Below are positions 56,880-64,000 of a DNA stretch of 64,000 bases, in pieces. The stretch's first letter is position 1, and each line of letters opens with the position of its first letter. The notes under the pieces are model-generated. The model was not told where the DNA came from. It made no database searches and worked only from the letters and a program-made list of their open reading frames with translations. Both the position numbers and the translations under genes were made by a program. Source of the stretch: Deltaproteobacteria bacterium GWA2_38_16 (lineage in GTDB: Bacteria; Bdellovibrionota; JACOXK01; 2-02-FULL-40-11); NCBI GenBank assembly GCA_001797335.1, contig MGPE01000002.1, positions 264,538-328,537 of the forward strand, in the 5' to 3' direction.

Positions 56880-58184
56880 TCAATTTATAATTTGGGCACG
56901 AGTGATCTCGTTTTTTAAGTACGACTGAACATCACTAGCAATCTTTTGTGCAATAATTAAATTCCCAAAATCATTGTAATGAATCTCATCAACATAGATT
57001 TCGTCACTTACATTTTTAAAAATCGCAGAATAATCTTTGATAAGAACGGTATCATTATTTGAATACTTTTTCTCCATGTCATTAAATAGAGAGGAGAACA
57101 CCGAAAACACATAATGCATATCGTATTTATCTTGTTTATCTTTGATAGAATAAAAAACAGCTTCTTTAGGATGATTTTTTTTGAATCCATTATTGATGCG
57201 TGGCTGTAAAATACAAAAAATCTTAACGCGATGTGACAGGCCATATAAAACAATTTCCTCTAAATAATGCGTATAAAATTTAATAACATCTAATTTTAGA
57301 TTTATTTTCTCTTTCGAAGTCGGCACGCTTTTTCTTGTATTTTTTGACCTTACAAGAGACATAAATTGACTTAAACCGAAGCAGAAAAAAGAAATCTTGC
57401 CGGTGCTAATATTGTATTGTATGGAAGACTTAGCTCTTTCAAGAAAATATTTAAAAGAACCAAGTAATTGAGTCATATTATATCCCTGAATTGCTAAATA
57501 ATAATCATCACTTGGTTTTAAATTACCTCGCAGTGCATCAATCGCACGACCTACATCATTAGAACCATCAAAAGTAATGATAAGATCTGGTTCATAGTCT
57601 ATAAGTTTTCTGATGAAATACATATACTCTTGCACGGCTTTAAACCCTCCAACTCCGGCATTTATGACTCGAATATTTTTTGTGTTTTTTTTCTTTAATT
57701 CCGTTTCTAAATAAGCTGGAATTGTTGAACGCATATCAGATGCACCTACGCCCATAACCGTTGAGCCTCCTAAAACAAATATACGGTATTCATCCTCTGC
57801 TTTTTTAAAGGGTATAATTTCCTCGATATCCATTGACATAAATCCATTCTTATTATGTTGATAAACTGTTTTATGCCCATTCAGATAACCAATATAAGAA
57901 ATACCCGGAACAGGTATCCATCCAATGATAGGATCAAATTGGAAAACTTCATTTGAATTAATCCTATTTTCCCCTATATTTTTTTCGTCCAGAAAAAAAT
58001 ACCTACTGACTAAAGGATGAACATTATGTTTCATTTTTTCCCAAAAAAACTGAGAATAACCATGTGCATTAAAATATTTATAGTATACAGAAAGAGTTAC
58101 ATAGCTTAGCATCTCAATAAATATTACAAAAAGAATACATGCAAAAAAACAGTATAATATTTTTTTATACATAAAATGCCTCAT
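56880..58184 (-). CDS. membrane-anchored SGNH/GDSL-like hydrolase (candidate glycan O-acyl esterase/transferase)
   Basis: N-terminal TM anchor; block I-like IFVLGGSTVMG, block V DEIHYN (DxxH), DLIITFDGSNDV block III-like. Confidence 0.35.
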   Translation of the reverse strand: MRHFMYKKILYCFFACILFVIFIEMLSYVTLSVYYKYFNAHGYSQFFWEKMKHNVHPLVSRYFFLDEKNIGENRINSNEVFQFDPIIGWIPVPGISYIGYLNGHKTVYQHNKNGFMSMDIEEIIPFKKAEDEYRIFVLGGSTVMGVGASDMRSTIPAYLETELKKKNTKNIRVINAGVGGFKAVQEYMYFIRKLIDYEPDLIITFDGSNDVGRAIDALRGNLKPSDDYYLAIQGYNMTQLLGSFKYFLERAKSSIQYNISTGKISFFCFGLSQFMSLVRSKNTRKSVPTSKEKINLKLDVIKFYTHYLEEIVLYGLSHRVKIFCILQPRINNGFKKNHPKEAVFYSIKDKQDKYDMHYVFSVFSSLFNDMEKKYSNNDTVLIKDYSAIFKNVSDEIYVDEIHYNDFGNLIIAQKIASDVQSYLKNEITRAQIIN

Positions 58185-58244
58185 TCCTTTCTTTTATCAA
58201 ACTAGAATTACTCATCATATTCTATTTAAATATATATCGCCGAA

Positions 58245-60083
58245 TCATTTCATTATATTCATCAAGAAGTTTTTATAAGAAGACATTTGAATTGTTTTTA
58301 CTGGGACATGGGCTATGTTAGATACGTGTGTTTGCTTGATAATTCCCTGAGTTAATTCATCAGTATAGCCTATTACATATTGTATATTATATGTTTTAAA
58401 GGCTAAACTTAATTTATTGTTTTTTAATAAGTTTTCGATGGTTTTAGGAGCAAATTTAACAACAGACTTATTCGTAGAATAAGCTAGATTTATTATATCA
58501 TTGAAATGTAAATTTGCGGCGATAACAGCATTATCTGAAATATTTTTTTTTATTACTTCTTGAGCATAGGCATTAACAAGCAAATTCTTATTTTCATCAT
58601 AGATTCGACTCCAACTAATGTGACTCGATAAGACGCAATTATATAAAGTTGTACATAAAAAAATCATAAGAAAAATATTTAACCACCCTTTTTTTAGGTT
58701 TAAAAAGTTAATTGTTATCTGACTTAATGTTATAAGTCCTAATGTAATAAATAAAGCAATAGCCAGATTAAAGTCCATTAAATGAGATCTTCCAGTCAAA
58801 ATAATAAATGAAAATAAAAATATAGAAAACAAAATCCATCCCATAAAAAAATGAGCTAAATGTTTATTCCTTTGTCGTAAATTATATAGCCCCAATAAGA
58901 ACAAAAGAAACATAAATGGCCCTCCAAAATCATCTAGTGAAACAAATCTAAAAAGATGTCGGAAACTTAGAATCAAGCCAATTTTTATTCTATCAATTAG
59001 GCCCACGTCTTGGATGCCAGTGTTTTTTAAGGATTTCATTATTTCAATTTTTTCTACTGAAGAGGACTGTTTGTTGTTTATAATTTTATCTCGAAGATTA
59101 CTTAAATAATTTTTTGATTCAAAATGATATGTGTAAGGATCTGGATAAACATGGCCAAAAGTAGCAAAATCTGCAGCCTTTAAATGTTCAGGAACATGTG
59201 TAGTAAATAGCTGCATGTAGGCATTATTTTTAACTTGAGGAAGATAATAAAAACTACACACAATAATAAAGGGAACAAAAATATATGTTAATGTTTTTTT
59301 TTGTTTTATTAGCCATAAATAACAAAATAAGAATGCAGCTACAATAAACAGGGCTTCTTTAGATAAACAACTCAACACTAAAAAAACCCCCGAAGTAATT
59401 AAGAAAAAATATTTTTTTTTATGCTTTTTCCAAAAAAAATAACATAAAAAAAATGACGCCAAAAAAAGCAAAGCAAATTCATACGTTCCTAAATGATATG
59501 GTAAACACCAGTTAAATGGCAGGAAAATATAAATCAGCGAAAAAAGGAATGCTATCTTAAAATTAAACAGATAAGAAATAGCATAGGTAAATAATAACAA
59601 AACCAGCGCATGAAGTATTATAGAAATTAAGATTAAAAAATGATTATTGGGGAGGCCAATAATTCTAAAAAGTTGTGCATATAAATGAGACGTTAATTTA
59701 TTGCCAAGAGCAGAAGGATGACCTTGATTTTTAATTAAATTTGATGAAAGAATAACATTAAAATCATTTTCTGCTGAATAAAGAGCTGTCTGATAAATAT
59801 TGCGCCCCAATAAATAATTACCTGTCATTGTATAAGTGGGATATCCTTTAAATACAGCAGGAGAATACCAAATAACACATGCCAAGAATAAAATAAATAA
59901 TGACATTGCCCCTAAAATAATAAACCTTTTACTTTGATTAAGTTTCTTCCCCCAATTAATGTGCAGAACTTGTTTAATAATCATTATAATTGACGGTACC
60001 TCGTTTACTAGCAAAATCATGGCTGATTTTACTCTTTGGCAGCAAATTCTAGAAAAATTGAAATTAATTTTCCCGGATTTCAT
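58245..60083 (-). CDS. GT-C fold glycosyltransferase (PMT/ArnT/GT39-GT83-like), 612 aa
   Basis: >12 TM helices, long first extracytoplasmic loop with acidic AEND motif, large C-terminal soluble domain: the architecture of lipid-linked-sugar-utilising GT-C enzymes. Confidence 0.4.
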   Translation of the reverse strand: MKSGKINFNFSRICCQRVKSAMILLVNEVPSIIMIIKQVLHINWGKKLNQSKRFIILGAMSLFILFLACVIWYSPAVFKGYPTYTMTGNYLLGRNIYQTALYSAENDFNVILSSNLIKNQGHPSALGNKLTSHLYAQLFRIIGLPNNHFLILISIILHALVLLLFTYAISYLFNFKIAFLFSLIYIFLPFNWCLPYHLGTYEFALLFLASFFLCYFFWKKHKKKYFFLITSGVFLVLSCLSKEALFIVAAFLFCYLWLIKQKKTLTYIFVPFIIVCSFYYLPQVKNNAYMQLFTTHVPEHLKAADFATFGHVYPDPYTYHFESKNYLSNLRDKIINNKQSSSVEKIEIMKSLKNTGIQDVGLIDRIKIGLILSFRHLFRFVSLDDFGGPFMFLLFLLGLYNLRQRNKHLAHFFMGWILFSIFLFSFIILTGRSHLMDFNLAIALFITLGLITLSQITINFLNLKKGWLNIFLMIFLCTTLYNCVLSSHISWSRIYDENKNLLVNAYAQEVIKKNISDNAVIAANLHFNDIINLAYSTNKSVVKFAPKTIENLLKNNKLSLAFKTYNIQYVIGYTDELTQGIIKQTHVSNIAHVPVKTIQMSSYKNFLMNIMK

Positions 60084-60089
60084 TAAACC

Positions 60090-60770
60090 TTATGTCCTTC
60101 GAAACCAAACCCAAAAATATTTTGTCCCCTCTCCTTCTGTCTTCAGAATCTGAAGAGGCAATCTCTCCACCATTTTATTAATTTGTCGTATCTTAAATGA
60201 TGGTCCATAGAACCAACTTCCTTTACACGCCGGTGCCCCTCGAAATTGTATTTTTGCTAAACCGATCTTTTTAAGAACGCGAGCGATTTCTTCCAAGTTC
60301 TTCTTTACCGTTATGCGGCCCGGCATATGCTGGAATGTAATAAATGAAAAAACTGTATCAAAAAAATCATTGGGGAAAGGATAATATAATCCGTCCGTCG
60401 CACATAAATGAATATTAGCTTTGTTAACAAGACGTTTTTCAGCTTGTTTTATCATTTCTTCAGAAATATCAATGCCATAAACTTCTTGGAAATCTTGTGC
60501 AACGAATTCTATTATTCTGCCTATACCACATCCTACTTCGAGAATACACTTAGTACTTAAGTCCAATTCTCTAAAAAACTTGTCCTCTTTTATGTAATTT
60601 ATATAATCATCCCTCCCTGATTTAGAGAACTGTTTCTCTGTGATATTTTCCCCAAAATTTGTCATCACAAAATAGTTGGCGTTTTTTTTGGCAAGTTGAT
60701 TCCATTTTTCTTTACTCTCCCCAATTGTCTCATCTGGATAAAATATATTCAACCATTCTCTTAGTCGCAC
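60090..60770 (-). CDS. class I SAM-dependent methyltransferase
   Basis: ILEVGCGIGRII (motif I), GIDISEEMI, FDTVFSFITFQHM (motif II). Confidence 0.7.
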   Translation of the reverse strand: MRLREWLNIFYPDETIGESKEKWNQLAKKNANYFVMTNFGENITEKQFSKSGRDDYINYIKEDKFFRELDLSTKCILEVGCGIGRIIEFVAQDFQEVYGIDISEEMIKQAEKRLVNKANIHLCATDGLYYPFPNDFFDTVFSFITFQHMPGRITVKKNLEEIARVLKKIGLAKIQFRGAPACKGSWFYGPSFKIRQINKMVERLPLQILKTEGEGTKYFWVWFRRT

Positions 60771-61071
60771 TTTAAATCACCCCCCCGATTTCAGCAAACA
60801 TGACGCCTAGGTTAAAAATTATTCCCCTCTTTGTAGCTCATTGAAATAATTAAGCAATATTAGTTTTTAGAATTTTTCGATTTGATTGAATTCATTGAAT
60901 TCAAAAAAAGTTTTTCTGCCCAATTCTAGAAATTAAAAAATGCCTTTCATTTTAATTTCCCGTCGTGATATATAACTCCACAATGATATCAATAAGTCCC
61001 TCGGTCTTAATAGAAGCTCAAAAGAGATTTCGAAAGCTCAGAGGCTATCGAGTGATTAATGAAAATAAATC

Positions 61072-62331
61072 ATGAAGATTCTCTTAGTAACTGATGCTGC
61101 GAATGAAACAAGATCGTCTGTTTCAGAAATTGTGTATAGGGACGCGTGTTACTTAAAGGGAAATAATTTTGAAGTAGAAATACTAACAACTACTTCTCAA
61201 AAAATGGATTATTCAGAATCTGCATCTATGGCTTCTCCATCTATTAATTTTATAGCTACTTTCAAATTTAAAGAATCTTTAAGATCATGGATTACTTTAT
61301 ATAATCCTTGGGCAGGTAGAAAGTTTAATAAAATCTTAAAAAGGTTTGAACCTGATGTTGTACATTTTCATAATGTGCATCAATATTTATCATTTGGACT
61401 TCTTCGCTCTGCCAAATTATTTGGTTCAAAAGTTTTTTTAACTGCGCATGATGTTATGCTTTTTCATTATGGAAAACTTATTGAATTTGATCAAGCTACT
61501 ATGGGTTTTCCCTATGATAAGGAACTAAGCTATCATGTTTCAGCATGGCAACAAATAAAACGTTTTAGATATTATTATAATCCTTTTCGTAATTTTATTA
61601 TTCGACGCTATCTTAAGTACGTAGATAAAATTTTTTCTGTTAGTAATGCGCTTAAACAAACTTTAAATGATAATGGTATTGAAAATGTAGATGTTGTGTA
61701 TAATGCTATTGATAGTAATTTGTGGAAACCTGAATATGAAAATATAAAAAAATTTAAAAATAAATACCATCTTCATGATAAAAAGGTTATCTTTGTGGGA
61801 GGTAGAATGAGTGGGCTCAAGGGTTTTAAACAGATGGTTCTTATTTTAAAAGAAATAATTAATAACTTACCCAATACTGTTTTGTTAATTGCAGGAAAAG
61901 AAAATGATCATACACTTCAGCTTTCTAAATTAGCTAAGGAACTCAATATTGAAAAGAATGTCATATTTACAGGATGGCTAGAAGGTGAGGAACTTAAATC
62001 AGCATATCATAGCAGTGATGTTGTTTGTACTCCTTCTGTATATTTTGATCCATGCCCTATGATAAATCTTGAAGCTATGGCGTGTCGCAAACCTATAGTA
62101 GGAACATGTTTTGGCGGCACTAAAGAAATAGTTAGAGATAATGTACATGGCTATATAGTAAACCCTTTTGATATCAATGTAATATCAGAACGAATCACTT
62201 ATTTATTGCGAGATACAGAAAAAAGAAAAGAATTAGGAGAAAATGGTTACCATACAGTGAAAGATAACTTTAATTTAGATATTCGGTATCAAAAAACATT
62301 AGAATACTATAAGACCTTAAGTGACCAATAA
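61072..62331 (+). CDS. glycosyltransferase family 1 (GT4-type)
   Basis: LEAMACRKPIVGTCFGGTKEIV and GKENDH..L blocks; 419 aa. Confidence 0.8.
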   Translation: MKILLVTDAANETRSSVSEIVYRDACYLKGNNFEVEILTTTSQKMDYSESASMASPSINFIATFKFKESLRSWITLYNPWAGRKFNKILKRFEPDVVHFHNVHQYLSFGLLRSAKLFGSKVFLTAHDVMLFHYGKLIEFDQATMGFPYDKELSYHVSAWQQIKRFRYYYNPFRNFIIRRYLKYVDKIFSVSNALKQTLNDNGIENVDVVYNAIDSNLWKPEYENIKKFKNKYHLHDKKVIFVGGRMSGLKGFKQMVLILKEIINNLPNTVLLIAGKENDHTLQLSKLAKELNIEKNVIFTGWLEGEELKSAYHSSDVVCTPSVYFDPCPMINLEAMACRKPIVGTCFGGTKEIVRDNVHGYIVNPFDINVISERITYLLRDTEKRKELGENGYHTVKDNFNLDIRYQKTLEYYKTLSDQ

Positions 62332-63513
62332 ATAAACTCTCTCTTTCAATCTTACAACCGCTTTATAAACATCCTCAACTGTTATGTCTTGCACGCATTT
62401 GCGGTGGCCTTCTTTACAACCGTGGGCTGTCGGCACTATATGCGAGCAAGGAAAACAATATACGTTTTTTGAAACAATTTCGCACTTTTCATCAATGTCA
62501 AGCTGTTCTTCCACATTCATCGGTCCTATTATATCAACTATCGGCACTCCAAGGGCATTAGCAATATATAGTGGTCCGGTATCGACGCTTATAAAAATTT
62601 TTAAAAATTTTATTAGAGCCGGAACTTCGGATAAGCCGAAAACTTCGGAGGCATCGGAAGCACTATTTTTCATATTAGACAAAACTTTTTTTATAAAGGG
62701 CTTGTCCGAGGGCCCTCCAAAAAAAATTATTCTCGCTCCCATATTTTGAATCAAAATATCAGCCAGAGCGGAAAATTTTAACAAGCCCCATTCCTTTATT
62801 TTATTTCCCGCAGTAGGAGAAATCCCCATGATTAAATCGTTTTCTTTTATATTATTTTCTCTTAGAAAATCCTGAGCCTTTGCGATGTCATTACCATCAA
62901 AAAAAACGTCTCTCTTTTCGCTATATTCCTTAACACCTAAAAATTTAAGCATTTGTAAATACTGACGAAGAACTAATTTATTTTGTTCATAATCAATATG
63001 ATGCTTACTTAATATAGAAGCAAGATAAGCGGCCCTACTTACATATTTTGACCTTAACAGCACTCTATGCGATGCTAACGCCCAAAACGGGAAAATTGTA
63101 TTAAAAAGAGTGGGAGCCAAAGAAAAACTCCAATCAAATTGTTTTTTCCGAGCATCTCTTATTAGTCTTAGTCCGCCTAGAAATCCTTGATATCTTTTAT
63201 CGTCCAAAATAATAAGTTCATCTATATGAGTATTTTTTATTAAAATACCTTTTGCTCGCGAAATAATCAAAACACTAAGCAGAGAAGAAGGAAAATTCTT
63301 TTTTATTTCTCTGAAAACCGGCGTTGTGCAGACAACATCTCCTATTTTAGCTATCTGAATAATCAAAATTTTTAAACGGCCATCTTTGCTGTGCGAAATT
63401 CTCCGTAAAAAAATCCCTAAATATAAAATGGGGCTAAAAATAATCGTTAACCCTAAATATAATAGATTTTGGGCTAAGCCAAAAATAATTAAATACATTT
63501 TTTCATACTTCAA
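62317..63513 (-). CDS. ADP-heptose:LPS heptosyltransferase-like (GT9 family)
   Basis: ILIIQIAKIGDVVCTTPVFREIKKNFP and GISPTAGNKIKEWGLLKFSALADIL...IIFFGGPSDK blocks typical of GT9 (RfaF/RfaC/RfaQ-like); N-terminal TM anchor. Confidence 0.65.
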   Translation of the reverse strand: MKYEKMYLIIFGLAQNLLYLGLTIIFSPILYLGIFLRRISHSKDGRLKILIIQIAKIGDVVCTTPVFREIKKNFPSSLLSVLIISRAKGILIKNTHIDELIILDDKRYQGFLGGLRLIRDARKKQFDWSFSLAPTLFNTIFPFWALASHRVLLRSKYVSRAAYLASILSKHHIDYEQNKLVLRQYLQMLKFLGVKEYSEKRDVFFDGNDIAKAQDFLRENNIKENDLIMGISPTAGNKIKEWGLLKFSALADILIQNMGARIIFFGGPSDKPFIKKVLSNMKNSASDASEVFGLSEVPALIKFLKIFISVDTGPLYIANALGVPIVDIIGPMNVEEQLDIDEKCEIVSKNVYCFPCSHIVPTAHGCKEGHRKCVQDITVEDVYKAVVRLKERVYLLVT

Positions 63514-63720
63514 TCCTTCAATGGAGTGGAAACTACTAAATGACTTTTGTTATTATTTGGTATCTTTTATGTCAACATGACATTTATAGAGTTCTAAAAA
63601 TGGGGCCAAACTAATACTACTCCGTTAAGTAGATTCTGGTGAAAAAGTTCATTTTTTTTAACCTTTACCTCAAGAAAAATAAATAGCCTTGATCTTTAAC
63701 ATTTTGCAGTTATAGTTATT

Positions 63721-64000
63721 ATGACACTTATGAAGGTCCTTTTAACATTGCCGCCATTACACAGCCCAATAAAGGCTAATTTTGTTGACTCATTTGATAA
63801 TGAGTCAGGACAATACCCTCCGATCGGATTGCTTTATCTAGCAGGATATCTTTTAGAACATTCTCAATATGAGGTACATGTCTTAGATCCTCAAGCTGAG
63901 AAGTTAAGTCATGAAGAAACAATCAAAAGGATAGTAGCTATTGGGCCTGATGTTGTCGGCGTCCATATGTTGACATTCCACCTTATAGACAGCCTCAAAA
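63721..64000 (+). CDS. B12-binding-domain radical SAM enzyme, N-terminal fragment (gene continues past window end)
   Basis: MTLMKVLLTLPPL...YPPIGLLYLAGYLLEHSQYEVHVLD...IVAIGPDVVGVH is the characteristic N-terminal cobalamin-binding domain of class B radical-SAM (often C-/P-methyltransferases). Confidence 0.45.
   Translation, partial: MTLMKVLLTLPPLHSPIKANFVDSFDNESGQYPPIGLLYLAGYLLEHSQYEVHVLDPQAEKLSHEETIKRIVAIGPDVVGVHMLTFHLIDSLK

Noticed and set aside
62384-62749. 121-aa plus-strand ORF antisense to the GT9 gene, and similar short ORFs (47449..47694, 48405..48644, 48768..48974, 50943..51131, 51598..51807, 55807..55989, 57008..57253, 59959..60153, 63386..63580)
   Set aside because: All lie inside confidently called glycosyltransferase, methyltransferase or rSAM genes on the opposite strand or in another frame.
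1-64000. Searched for transposase/integrase, phage structural genes, rRNA and tRNA
   Set aside because: No DDE/serine/tyrosine recombinase-like ORF, no rRNA-like conserved stretches and no convincing tRNA cloverleaf were seen, so no mobile element call is made despite the repeat pairs.

Overview
This window comes from an AT-rich, aerobic, probably Gram-negative (diderm) bacterium; the long lipobox-plus-poly-Gly lipoproteins and a TIGR02147-like protein hint at Bdellovibrionota/Oligoflexia-like relatives, but that is only a guess. The left third mixes accessory and core genes: an MFS transporter, small secreted proteins, a BrnT/BrnA toxin-antitoxin pair, a methyltransferase + VOC two-gene cassette bracketed by a ~95-bp direct repeat, an S41 C-terminal protease, and a complete caa3-type cytochrome c oxidase operon on the minus strand (SCO1, ctaC, ctaD, ctaE, subunit IV, ctaA, ctaB) preceded by an aldo/keto reductase. 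A 7Fe ferredoxin and an archaeal-type (type II) GAPDH-like dehydrogenase follow. The middle is a surface/accessory block: a 1266-aa repeat-rich lipoprotein adhesin, a DUF4143 AAA ATPase, a Csu/SCPU-type chaperone-usher pilus operon with two paralogous pilins, a divergent HTH regulator, two large secreted proteins, and five consecutive lipoprotein genes (Ca-binding TSP3 repeats, poly-Gly tethers) with a heptamer microsatellite in a promoter. A 29-bp direct repeat pair brackets this ~20.8-kb block. The right third (44.7-64 kb) is a large glycan biosynthesis locus: an atypical orphan OmpR-type response regulator, six GT4, one GT9, a GT-C-fold enzyme, Wzx, a Wzy-like protein, four SAM methyltransferases, two radical-SAM enzymes (one SPASM, one B12-type) and an SGNH hydrolase. 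No rRNA, tRNA, CRISPR, transposase or integrase was found.
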